Virus record (IMG/VR): IMGVR_UViG_3300044477_000241
Span: 1-33,705 of that record
Reading direction: 5' to 3' (one strand)
DNA length: 33,705 bases
DNA from: a virus
Taxonomy: Duplodnaviria > Caudoviricetes
A program made the position numbers and the translations under genes. Positions within the stretch are counted from its first letter, which is position 1, and each line of letters begins with the position of its first letter. Of this stretch, positions 9,067 to 18,135 are shown in pieces. The notes beneath the pieces are model-generated. The model was given only the letters and a program-made list of their open reading frames with translations. It made no database searches and had not been told where the DNA came from.

Positions 9067-9498
9067 TTATGGTTTCCAAATAATATGTGACATCAATAAG
9101 GGAATTTCAACCTCGAAAGATTTTGCATTCTGCTTCAGGTCGCGTGAATTTTTCTCAAACCGGCAGTTTTTCAGCATATGTGTTACAACAACTCCTGAAG
9201 GAGGGAGAAATGAAACCGGGATATCAAATTCAGGAATCTCCTGAAGACGTCCATTGGGAGCAACGTTTTCCAATGCTACAACTTCTTCGGAAAGCAACGT
9301 AATGCTGCCGGTACACTTGATGTTACCATGACCACGTGATACCGGTCTATTACCAGCACCGTACTGATCTTCCATCTCTTCTTCATCATCGTACTTAATG
9401 CCGATGATACCGGCGACGGTAACACCGAGAATATTCATACGAACATCTGCCCAGGAGTAGGCATGTCCATTAATTAAGGGGGGGAATCCTTGTGCCAT
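9067..9498 (-). CDS. Tail tube protein
   Basis: ING..YSWAD and YGAGNRPVSRGHG motifs; follows the sheath. Confidence 0.85.
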   Translation of the reverse strand: MAQGFPPLINGHAYSWADVRMNILGVTVAGIIGIKYDDEEEMEDQYGAGNRPVSRGHGNIKCTGSITLLSEEVVALENVAPNGRLQEIPEFDIPVSFLPPSGVVVTHMLKNCRFEKNSRDLKQNAKSFEVEIPLLMSHIIWKP

Positions 9499-9528
9499 AT
9501 TAAATGAGTTTTAAATTGCGATTAAACA

Positions 9529-11019
9529 CTATGATAATTTCTTTACGTAACCAATTTTTACAGCGATGTTGCGCGATACAGCAACACCTACAAGGCCGAC
9601 ACTACCGTTTAGAACTGAGGTTGATTGAATGTCCTGGTTAGGATTGATTACGAACTTCGCTCCGGAGAGCTCGCCATCTCGTTCCATCTGATCCAGAAAT
9701 CCCTGAGCGAGACTTTCCAGGTAAGCGACAGTATCCGCAGGGAGCTGTCCTGTCTTAGCATCCACGTAAACGGGGCCGTTGAGCTGTTTGAGCAATTTGT
9801 AATAACAGCCTCTCACAGCTTTATCCATCGCAATAGAATTGCTGATGAATGCAAAATCAGAATCTGCTGGGCAGCAAGCATGGTCATCATTGAAGTAGCT
9901 TCCGGAATCTCCGACATATTTCTTCAGGAACACATAGCCGCGATTATGCAGCGTGTTTGCCGGAGAGGAGGTTTCGTCAGTAACAAGATCGCCGTTTGCA
10001 AATGCGGGCACGTCGAGCTCGACAGAGGCCATATTGAACTTGCCTACCCATCCAATATTTTCATGAACCTTGGCGCGCGATAACGCGCCTAACTGTGCAC
10101 CAATGCAGGTGATGCTGTATCCCTTTGCATCGAATAACACCTTTCCTGCAGCAGCACCATCCTGGCCGATACTTACCATTACACCTTCTCCGGTGAGAGC
10201 ACGTAAGTTGGGGAGCGTAGTAAGGTCGTCGATAGCTGCGATGTTAGCGCCGTACATGAGAGCGACCGGCATGTGCTTCGCGTCAAGTTTATCGCGCATG
10301 CTCTTGAGCGCCGTAATATGTGCGGTATTGAAGGCGACATCCTTCATGTATACGGCCATTTTGCGAAGTTTACCCTGCGTGGCCACCTGCATGGATTCAA
10401 CCTCGTCGAAGTTGTAGGCCTGCGGAATAGGATAAATTCCAACGTGCAATTCAGCGCCAGAATTGATGCGGAAGAATTCGCTGATATGGTAATGAACCAC
10501 GTCAAAGAATGAAGCTTCGCCACCGCTGAACTGGGTAACAGCCGCAGTACCGGTTCCGGTATTAGCGTAGACCAGGTGCGTACCGCCATTGATACTGGAT
10601 CCGAGACCGGCGGGAGGCGTCAGCGCAACATTCTTTGCTGTACCTCCCGCGATGTAGCCATGATTCTCTGTGCCAAGGTTAATGGAAGCGCGCAGACCTG
10701 TAGCGATATCTTCAGCAATATCATCTGTAAGTACGGTGTAAGTCCCGAGGACTACACCATCCATTGTGATGGTTGATACGTTTCCAACTGTTCCCACTGC
10801 AGTGATCAGTACTGCCCCACCGGTGGCAACAGTTTCATCCGAATTATTCGGATCAATTCCGAGCGCGATGGCGTGCTCAGGATCGATGATCTGCTTCACC
10901 GGAACGTCGAATCCAGCCGGGGAGAAATTTGAGAAAACAAGCAGGCCAGAAATGTGATCTTCACCTGCGAGCGGCCTGCTCAGGCCACCATTTTGACGGT
11001 CAAATGTGATATTACTCAT
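9529..11019 (-). CDS. Tail sheath protein (DUF2586-like)
   Basis: DHISGL, HYHISEFFR, VHENIGWV and YFNDDH...SDFAFI...MDKAVR motifs. Confidence 0.85.
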   Translation of the reverse strand: MSNITFDRQNGGLSRPLAGEDHISGLLVFSNFSPAGFDVPVKQIIDPEHAIALGIDPNNSDETVATGGAVLITAVGTVGNVSTITMDGVVLGTYTVLTDDIAEDIATGLRASINLGTENHGYIAGGTAKNVALTPPAGLGSSINGGTHLVYANTGTGTAAVTQFSGGEASFFDVVHYHISEFFRINSGAELHVGIYPIPQAYNFDEVESMQVATQGKLRKMAVYMKDVAFNTAHITALKSMRDKLDAKHMPVALMYGANIAAIDDLTTLPNLRALTGEGVMVSIGQDGAAAGKVLFDAKGYSITCIGAQLGALSRAKVHENIGWVGKFNMASVELDVPAFANGDLVTDETSSPANTLHNRGYVFLKKYVGDSGSYFNDDHACCPADSDFAFISNSIAMDKAVRGCYYKLLKQLNGPVYVDAKTGQLPADTVAYLESLAQGFLDQMERDGELSGAKFVINPNQDIQSTSVLNGSVGLVGVAVSRNIAVKIGYVKKLS

Positions 11020-11097
11020 AATTATGATTTTGGATTGTCGAAACTTAATGCAATAAGTAGAATTACAATGAAAAGATATAAGAGTATTAAATCCATC

Positions 11098-11796
11098 TTA
11101 TTTGCTCCTTTTCATTAAAAGAATTATAAATAGAATTGATAAAACAAAGAATATCGGGAATCCCCACTCGGAGATTACCTGGTACGTATCTGCGACCTTG
11201 TCCCATTTTGTCGTAGGCTCTTCAAAGCCCGGATCGGAGCAAGGAATGGTGTCGTTAATTATGGTTGTATCGTGTATGGTATCAGCGGGGGTCGATGCTT
11301 TCATGGTCATCGTATTATTAACGCTATCGTATGAATATTCAATTGCGATATTTGATCCGCTGTCAGGTTCTTTTTTGTAAACAACATTATTCTTAAGTGA
11401 ACCAAGATTTACATGGGCAGTATTACTATCTGCTGGGCGAATTATTTCATTAACTATCGTATCGTGGATATAAGCCACCGGAGGCTTACTATTGCCAAAC
11501 TTCTCCTGGCATCGTTGATAGGTAGTGCAGGAGCTGGCCATCATAATGAACAGCAAAGGAATCATTACGATTGAGGTTCCGTCGAACCGATTACGGTAAT
11601 TGCGATCGCTCTGATCCCTGAACCAGAGAGCCGTGTCCTTAACACGGAATAATAGCAATACCACAGGCATGATCGCGGCAAACACCTCTCCGCTCATTTT
11701 ATCGCTGACGAGACAGTAGATGCAGACTGCTAGAATAATCAGGCCGATAATAGTAGTTTTCCAATTGTCAATAAGACGTTCCTTCGCTTTTTTCAT
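11098..11796 (-). CDS. Putative holin-unimolecular spanin fusion (232 aa)
   Basis: Start reassigned to MKKAK (11796). NWKTT + two TM helices, an internal hydrophobic stretch with ASS-C lipobox (Cys90), a polar domain and a C-terminal TM + KRSK. Confidence 0.7.
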   Translation of the reverse strand: MKKAKERLIDNWKTTIIGLIILAVCIYCLVSDKMSGEVFAAIMPVVLLLFRVKDTALWFRDQSDRNYRNRFDGTSIVMIPLLFIMMASSCTTYQRCQEKFGNSKPPVAYIHDTIVNEIIRPADSNTAHVNLGSLKNNVVYKKEPDSGSNIAIEYSYDSVNNTMTMKASTPADTIHDTTIINDTIPCSDPGFEEPTTKWDKVADTYQVISEWGFPIFFVLSILFIILLMKRSK

Positions 11797-11818
11797 TATT
11801 GGTTTTTTTGAGGTTTTG

Positions 11819-11856
11819 AAAAAAGGGCCTGCATTGCAAGCAGGGTACAGGCCCTT
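11819..11856 (-). terminator. Intrinsic terminator/attenuator between the lysis genes
   Basis: Minus strand AAGGGCCTG...CAGGCCC hairpin followed by a T tract. Confidence 0.75.
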
Positions 11857-11874
11857 ACACAACAGGAGGAGGTA

Positions 11875-12636
11875 TCAGGATTTTTTAGTTGTCGTTTTCG
11901 GAGGCGTGTAAATATTACGTTCCGGAATACCGTTATTCCTTAACCATAACTGGACATCGAATGAGGGGCAGGCCTTTTTATCGAATTGGTTGTGCCCGGC
12001 TATTACTATATTCGGATGCTCTTTGATTGTTGCCAGAACGTATAAATAAAGGGCCTGCTTTTGCTTATCAGTCCGCGTATCGAGCGGTTCCATCTTAGCA
12101 TTGCAGCCTCCGACATATACGACGTGGCGACTTTTGTAGTTGATACCCGCAACGCCATTCGTGATTTCCCACGAATCAACGTTATTATCGCGGTTGTAGG
12201 GGACGAGGTTTTCGATCGTACCGTTCAGATGGATCATATCGGCATAACCGACCTGATGCCATCCACGTTGTACCAGGTGCCACTGCTCAATATCCTGACG
12301 GGACACCTCGCGTCCGGCAGGCGTGGCAGTGCAATGGATAACCAAAAATGCAAGGGCTGCCATAAAAATGAATTTTTTCATAAGTAAACTATGAAGTTTA
12401 GTTTTAATCTTCCCTTTCTTGGAGCCTGGCATATGCTCAGGAAGATCCGAATTGCCAGTATCTTTCATCAGGCGTCTACGACACCAGGTAACGAACCAGC
12501 GAGCGAGTGCCTGGCCTATCCAGATACATGCCCCCGTAGCTATGGATGATAAAATCAACCATAGCCAATTGGGGATCATGTTCACCAGGACAACGCCCAA
12601 CACTGTCGCCAATGCGTTTAATTTGTGTTCCAACAT
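11875..12636 (-). CDS. Endolysin, T7-lysozyme-type N-acetylmuramoyl-L-alanine amidase, with an N-terminal membrane (holin-like) extension
   Basis: VIHCTAT, GW..VGY, GHN and KACPSFDV Zn-amidase motifs. The first ~50 aa are hydrophobic. Confidence 0.9.
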   Translation of the reverse strand: MLEHKLNALATVLGVVLVNMIPNWLWLILSSIATGACIWIGQALARWFVTWCRRRLMKDTGNSDLPEHMPGSKKGKIKTKLHSLLMKKFIFMAALAFLVIHCTATPAGREVSRQDIEQWHLVQRGWHQVGYADMIHLNGTIENLVPYNRDNNVDSWEITNGVAGINYKSRHVVYVGGCNAKMEPLDTRTDKQKQALYLYVLATIKEHPNIVIAGHNQFDKKACPSFDVQLWLRNNGIPERNIYTPPKTTTKKS

Positions 12637-12639
12637 TGT

Positions 12640-13551
12640 TTAAGCGGACTGTTGGATAATTGCAACAACACCAGGATTAGTCCCACGGCGCGAACGTCCA
12701 CCGGCGTACAGAGAAGCGCTGTACACGTCGCCGTAGTTTTGGGGATCGTCAATTCTCTCGAAGTAATTGACTGCACCAATAGCACGGGCAACTTCATTTT
12801 TCTGCCAACACAGTGTAACTGCGTTATCAGTTGCAGCTTCCTTGAAGACTTCAGGATTTGGATCCTTAATCACGGGAGTCTGGGCGTTGGTAGCGACAAG
12901 CACCGAGGATCTCTCCAGAATAGTGAATCCGTATAACCTGCCGATGGTGCCTTCTTCAAGATTCATGATTCGGCTGGCATCGCGGCCAGTATTCCAGGTT
13001 GCGTCGGCCTGCAGTTGTTCAGCCATATCAGTGTCAATAAGAGCATAGCGATCTTTCTTGGGAATGTTCAGCTTGTTCATCAGCTTCTGAGCTTTTTTCA
13101 GGTCAGCCGCTAACAAGGCTTTACGATTTCCGGTTCCTACGTGAGCTTCAACTGAACCACCACTGGTTCTTATGATCATACAGTTCGTTGACCATTTGTA
13201 AAGAAGTTGCTCAGCAGCGAGCTCAGTGAGGGCGCTGGTATCTTCGCCGAGAATTGAATCCAGCTTATTGTAAGAACACTCGGCCTTTTCAGCCTCTGAA
13301 ATCAATCTCGGATCACTGGTAATATAGTCGAGAGCATAGAGCACATCGACATCCTGACGCCTGGAAATCGTTGCAGGCAACTGTGTTCTGTTAATCTTTG
13401 CCTTGCTGGGTTCGCCAGCCTTGGGAATATGGACAACAGTGCCATTACCAATGAGATCACCGGATTCGTCGAAACTATAATTTACGAATGAATTATCTTT
13501 GAAAAGATTTTCAATGATATATTTCACCCATATTTCTTTATTAATTGCCAT
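12640..13551 (-). CDS. Major capsid protein
   Basis: 303 aa, downstream of the protease; VHIP.AG, IPKKDRYALID and GTIGRLYGFTILE motifs typical of HK97-fold coats. Confidence 0.85.
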   Translation of the reverse strand: MAINKEIWVKYIIENLFKDNSFVNYSFDESGDLIGNGTVVHIPKAGEPSKAKINRTQLPATISRRQDVDVLYALDYITSDPRLISEAEKAECSYNKLDSILGEDTSALTELAAEQLLYKWSTNCMIIRTSGGSVEAHVGTGNRKALLAADLKKAQKLMNKLNIPKKDRYALIDTDMAEQLQADATWNTGRDASRIMNLEEGTIGRLYGFTILERSSVLVATNAQTPVIKDPNPEVFKEAATDNAVTLCWQKNEVARAIGAVNYFERIDDPQNYGDVYSASLYAGGRSRRGTNPGVVAIIQQSA

Positions 13552-13581
13552 AATTTAAATGGGGTTAAGTGAATAATTAGG

Positions 13582-14322
13582 TTAGCTAATCTTTGAATGT
13601 CCAACAAGATATAGGGTTCCATCGCTGTTGACGAAGTGCAGGTAATACTTGCTGGATGCTGCAAATGTGAATTCACCGGTGTCGAAACCGCTACCATAGA
13701 TGACCTTCTTAGTCCCGTTGGTTTGCAACTTAAAAAACACGTCGCAACCTTCCGGAGCATTGGTCATGGTGGCATTCAACGTTACGTCGACAGATGCCAG
13801 CGTATCGGTAACATCAATGACGTTTTTGTTCTTGTCAACAGTTACACTGACAACGCCAGCGGCACTTTCAACGAAAATTGATTTCGAAGTAAGAACTGCT
13901 GCAGTAGGAGCTGCTTCAGGATCGAGTCTGAGGTTAGTCAGGTACATATCGCTACCATCATAGGTTAGCTCAAAAATGGCGGTTTGCAAAGCATCCATTG
14001 TGATAGTCTTGCTGATGCCAGGAGCGGTCACAAGTAAATCCTTGTCTGCAACATTACCGCAGTCAATGATAACAATTGCCTTAGCCCCGGGAGTTACCTG
14101 TTCTGCGATCGTAAGAGCAACAGTGAGATCTTCAGACATCGGATCTGAGAGCACAATGATCGTATGCATTTCGCGGATCTCCGCGTTAACAATACCTTCG
14201 ACAGCCTCGGCAGGATCTAAGGTGATGGTTTCATGCACAGGGAAAAGAACATTTTTGTGTTCCTTGATAAATTCCGATAACTTAAAGTTCCCGGAAAAGA
14301 AATGTTTCAAATTCTGCCACAT
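13582..14322 (-). CDS. Putative head decoration/structural protein with two tandem beta domains
   Basis: Lies between protease and capsid; the two halves end in similar motifs (YDGSDMYL / SDGTLYL). Confidence 0.55.
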   Translation of the reverse strand: MWQNLKHFFSGNFKLSEFIKEHKNVLFPVHETITLDPAEAVEGIVNAEIREMHTIIVLSDPMSEDLTVALTIAEQVTPGAKAIVIIDCGNVADKDLLVTAPGISKTITMDALQTAIFELTYDGSDMYLTNLRLDPEAAPTAAVLTSKSIFVESAAGVVSVTVDKNKNVIDVTDTLASVDVTLNATMTNAPEGCDVFFKLQTNGTKKVIYGSGFDTGEFTFAASSKYYLHFVNSDGTLYLVGHSKIS

Positions 14323-14350
14323 ATTCGTATGGGTTTAGTTGATAATTGGG

Positions 14351-15502
14351 TTACTGTTTAGGCACACTTCCATATGCCGATTTATAGAGTTTTTCAAAAT
14401 CAAGGCGATCCGGAGAACCAGCGGGAGCGTTGCGCATTGCGGTCAATCTCTGAGGATCCTTCTTCTGATAATCCTCAAATTTCCAGTCCTTACGTTCATC
14501 AGATTTATCTTCATGATGAAGTTGGCCTACGATAGAGGTATACACCATCATCGAGTCCAGGACTTTCTTGGTGTTTTCAAAATCACTTTTCGCCAGGGAC
14601 ATGTAGGTCTCTCTCTGATCAGCGGTAATCTTTTTTGCAGAAATCGCTGAATCAACCAGGACAGCTACTTTATCACCCTGGAGTGATGTGATCTGATTCT
14701 GCAGCTCGATGACCTTGTCATCAACCTGTTTCTTTTCGCTTTTTAGCGATACCATAGAATCAACCATGCGCTGAACTTCAGCGTAGATATTATCTTCAGT
14801 GGCATTGGGATCGAGTTTTACGTCAGCCCGCGCGAGCAGGTCGACGAAACGTTTGGGATCTTTCATGTTTAATTCGAGTTGGTTTTTAAATTGAGTGTTA
14901 AAATTCTTCCAGAGATTGGTGGGGGTATCGATTTTCTCAGGCACAATTAATTCAGGCCCGTCAACGATACCATCGATCAGCCCTGCCGCTAAAGCTTCCT
15001 GAGCGGTAAACCATGTTTCAGTCCCGCGTTTAAACCACGACTCCTGAATCTCCTGATTGGTTTTGCCACAACGTTTCGCATAGATATCAACCAGATCATT
15101 CTTTAATGAATCCAATTGATCGGCGTTGCTTCGTAAGGTATCAGAATCACCGTTGATTTGAGTCGTAGGCAGATGAATCATTAAGCGGCCATACTTGTTC
15201 ATGTATACCTTACGATCAGTAGTCGCACATATAGCACTGCCCATACTTGCTGCTAAGGCATCGATATATAGATCTACCGTTTTCTTACAGGAGCGAATCG
15301 CCGTACGCATCGCGATGCCTTCAAAGATGTCACCGCCTGGTGAATTCACGTGCACCTCTATGACATCATAGGATTTAGCGCATTCGTTCAATGCATTCAC
15401 AAACTCACTTGAGAGACAATCCCATCCTAAGGCGCCATAAACTAATATTTGTGCGACGTTACCCTCTTGTGGTTTTTGAACATCGAAGAACTTTTGTGGC
15501 AT
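14351..15502 (-). CDS. ClpP-type prohead protease fused to scaffold
   Basis: VNSPGGD, ALAASMGS (Ser), MIH (His), ETWFTAQEA..AGLID; coiled-coil C-terminal half. Confidence 0.92.
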   Translation of the reverse strand: MPQKFFDVQKPQEGNVAQILVYGALGWDCLSSEFVNALNECAKSYDVIEVHVNSPGGDIFEGIAMRTAIRSCKKTVDLYIDALAASMGSAICATTDRKVYMNKYGRLMIHLPTTQINGDSDTLRSNADQLDSLKNDLVDIYAKRCGKTNQEIQESWFKRGTETWFTAQEALAAGLIDGIVDGPELIVPEKIDTPTNLWKNFNTQFKNQLELNMKDPKRFVDLLARADVKLDPNATEDNIYAEVQRMVDSMVSLKSEKKQVDDKVIELQNQITSLQGDKVAVLVDSAISAKKITADQRETYMSLAKSDFENTKKVLDSMMVYTSIVGQLHHEDKSDERKDWKFEDYQKKDPQRLTAMRNAPAGSPDRLDFEKLYKSAYGSVPKQ

Positions 15503-15690
15503 AGGCTTAAAAATTTGCGGGTTAAATGAATTTGGAAATGCAAAAATGTATCAATAATTAATGCCGTGCAAATCGTATTTTAGTGACTATCAAAATTTAA
15601 GCACTCATTATATCTATAAATATAATGACTATTATTTAATTAAAAAATTGCGCGCGCGAAAGCTAAGTTTGCAGAATTAAATTTTTGCAT
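15503..15690. promoter_or_regulatory. Divergent late promoter region
   Basis: TAAGTTTG on + (15664-15671) and near-consensus CATTTTTG on - (15541-15548), between two diverging structural operons. Confidence 0.65.
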
Positions 15691-16161
15691 ATGCCTCTAA
15701 AAAAATTATTAGGTCGACAGACCAAAAAAAAGAAACTGGCTAAGATTCTGTACATAAATAGCCATCTTACACAGAAGGAAATTGCAGCGCAGGTGGGCGT
15801 TACAGAAGCTACCCTATCAAAATGGGTAAACGATCCGACTGAGAAGTGGAGCGTTCAAAAGGCTTCTTTCACGATTACCAGACAACAGGAGCTTCTTCGA
15901 ATTTATGCGCAAATTACAGCGCTCAACACAGCGATTGAAGAGCGCGAGAGAGGCGCTCAGTTTCCGACAAATTCTGAAGCCGATATCTTGAGTAAGCTCA
16001 GCAAGGCCGCCAAGGCTCTCGAGACGGATACAACAGTGAGTGAAATTATCAACGTAGCGATTGGGATCACTGAATACATTCAGGCGATCGATCCAATTAA
16101 GGCGAAAGAATTCTCTGCATTGTTAGACGGTTACATATCTTCCAAAATGTCGCAATTATGA
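15691..16161 (+). CDS. Terminase small subunit (HTH)
   Basis: LTQKEIAAQVGVTEATLSKW HTH; overlaps the terL start. ATG at 15691 preferred over TTG at 15685. Confidence 0.8.
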   Translation: MPLKKLLGRQTKKKKLAKILYINSHLTQKEIAAQVGVTEATLSKWVNDPTEKWSVQKASFTITRQQELLRIYAQITALNTAIEERERGAQFPTNSEADILSKLSKAAKALETDTTVSEIINVAIGITEYIQAIDPIKAKEFSALLDGYISSKMSQL

Positions 16162-17684
16162 AATTAAGCGATAAGCAGGCGTTCAAAAAATGGGAGCAGC
16201 AGCGACGTAATATTGCGCGGTCTACTGACATTGTCAAAGAATTACCCACAGACCAGGCAAAGCGAATCAAGCGTCTTGAGTCCAATCCTGAAGAATGGTT
16301 TCAGTATTACTTCCCAAACTACTTCAGCTCCCCTTCAGCGCAGTTCCATCGTGACGCGAGTAGCCGCATTATTGATAATGATCGCTGGTATGAGTCACGT
16401 GCCTGGGCGCGTGGACTTGCTAAGTCTACCCGATCCATGATGGAGTTTACCTATCTTGCATTAACCGGAAAGATAAAAAATCTGCTGCTGATCTCCAATT
16501 CAAACGATAATGCCATACGACTGTTAATGCCCTTCATGATCAACTTCGAAGAGAACCAGCGCATAAAGAATGATTACGGCATTCAGGTAACGATGGGAAG
16601 TTGGGAGGCTGGTGATTTTAAAATTAAAGCCGGATGTACTTTCAGGGCCGTTGGTGCACTGGAGTCACCCCGTGGATCACGAAATGAAAATTACAGGGCC
16701 GATGCTATTCTCATTGATGACTTCGACACAGACAAGGAGTGCCGTAATCCTGATATCATCACGCATAAATGGAAATGGATTGAAGAAGCTCTTATCCCGA
16801 CACTCGACGTTTCCGGAAGCTATAGAGTACTATTCAACGGCAATGTGATCGCTAAGGACTGCTGCGTAACGCGATTTATGAAAATCGCTGATTACATCGA
16901 TTTAATCAACATTCGCGGTGAGGATGGAAAGAGCTCATGGATTGAAAAGAACAGCGAGGAGGATATCGATAAATTCCTGGGTAAGCTATCCTATGCTGCC
17001 GGACAGAAGGAATACTTCAACAATCCGATATCGGAGGGGAAGATCTTCAAAAAAATGGTATGGGGACAGGTTCCGGATTTGAGCAAAATTAGGGCTTCCA
17101 TTGTCTATGGCGATCCGGCTCCATCAAACAAGGAAGTTACTAAGGGTTCGTACAAATCAGTATTTCTTATCGCTGAAGATCAAGGCAAGTTTTACGTGTA
17201 TACCGGCTACCTGGATCACACCAGCAATCCCAATTTTGTTGACTGGTATTTCAATTTGCACGATTATATAAACGAAAAAACCCATGCATATTACGGCGTT
17301 GAGAACAACTCTTTGCAAGATCCATTTTACGAACAGGTGTTTCAGCCTCTTTTTTTAGCGAAGGGCAAGGAGAAGGGATACTACTTACCGATTCGCCCTG
17401 ATGGCCGTAAGAAGCCTGAGAAGTTTACCCGCATTGAAGGGAACCTGGAACCACTACATCGCAATGGTCAGTTAATTCTGAACATTGCTGAAAAAGACAA
17501 TCCCCATATGCAGCGACTTGAACAGCAATTCATGAATTTAGATGAACAGCTCAGTTCTCCCGCTGATGGCCCGGACTGTATCGAAGGAGGAATTTTCATG
17601 CTCAGCAACAAGCTCAGGACGATTGATACAGGCGCTATACAGAGCATCTCACGAACATTATTCAAAAACAAACAACGCTACTAA
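16158..17684 (+). CDS. terL: Terminase large subunit
   Basis: Walker A-like ARGLAKST, SPRGSR, ILIDDFD (Walker B), nuclease motifs YGDPA and DGPDCIEG. Confidence 0.92.
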   Translation: MKLSDKQAFKKWEQQRRNIARSTDIVKELPTDQAKRIKRLESNPEEWFQYYFPNYFSSPSAQFHRDASSRIIDNDRWYESRAWARGLAKSTRSMMEFTYLALTGKIKNLLLISNSNDNAIRLLMPFMINFEENQRIKNDYGIQVTMGSWEAGDFKIKAGCTFRAVGALESPRGSRNENYRADAILIDDFDTDKECRNPDIITHKWKWIEEALIPTLDVSGSYRVLFNGNVIAKDCCVTRFMKIADYIDLINIRGEDGKSSWIEKNSEEDIDKFLGKLSYAAGQKEYFNNPISEGKIFKKMVWGQVPDLSKIRASIVYGDPAPSNKEVTKGSYKSVFLIAEDQGKFYVYTGYLDHTSNPNFVDWYFNLHDYINEKTHAYYGVENNSLQDPFYEQVFQPLFLAKGKEKGYYLPIRPDGRKKPEKFTRIEGNLEPLHRNGQLILNIAEKDNPHMQRLEQQFMNLDEQLSSPADGPDCIEGGIFMLSNKLRTIDTGAIQSISRTLFKNKQRY

Positions 17685-17685
17685 C

Positions 17686-18135
17686 ATGAGTGATTTTATT
17701 CTATTGACCGATTATCCGGCAAGCATCCATGCCGAGATCCTGCAGGCCATTATTCGCAACGATGAGACCATCGTCGATATCGCCGAGGATGCCGCAATTG
17801 AGTTAATGAGTGGGTACCTAAATTCACGCTATGATGTGTCCGCGATCTTCGCTCAACGCGGGGCAGCACGCAATCCAATATTGCTGGCGTTCGCGAAGGA
17901 TATCGTACTGTACGATCTGTACAGCGCACACGCTCCCCAGAAGATTAGCGAAAATCGCGTTAAGCGATTTGAGCGCGCTATCAAGTGGCTTGAAGATGTT
18001 CAGGCTCAGCACATAAACCCCGTTGGATTACCCCCGATATCTGTAGGCGATGATGGTGGATCTGGATCCGGATCCGGGAACCTGGCCACCGGGATCATCA
18101 CGGCGAGTAATCAGAAAAGAAACAATCATTACTAA
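17686..18135 (+). CDS. Head-tail adaptor (Mu gp36 / DUF1320-like)
   Basis: Start reassigned to MSDFI (17686); YLNSRYDV, DIVLYDLY and AIKWLEDV motifs. Confidence 0.85.
   Translation: MSDFILLTDYPASIHAEILQAIIRNDETIVDIAEDAAIELMSGYLNSRYDVSAIFAQRGAARNPILLAFAKDIVLYDLYSAHAPQKISENRVKRFERAIKWLEDVQAQHINPVGLPPISVGDDGGSGSGSGNLATGIITASNQKRNNHY

Noticed and set aside
11797-11862. N-terminal extension MCKGLYP... of the 254-aa ORF
   Set aside because: It runs through a terminator hairpin; ATG 11796 has a better AT-rich leader.
343-14650. Many plus-strand ORFs of 60-160 aa opposite tail/head genes (e.g. 7762-8241, 9625-10083)
   Set aside because: Antisense shadows of motif-bearing genes with no coding signals of their own.
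17542-17685. Open frame upstream of the adaptor overlapping terL, a possible terL-adaptor frameshift
   Set aside because: It is the +1 frame, has no proper slippery heptamer or hairpin, and a normal ATG follows the terL stop.
18055-18080. GGATCT/GGATCC short repeats
   Set aside because: They encode a GSGSG linker; not a regulatory array.
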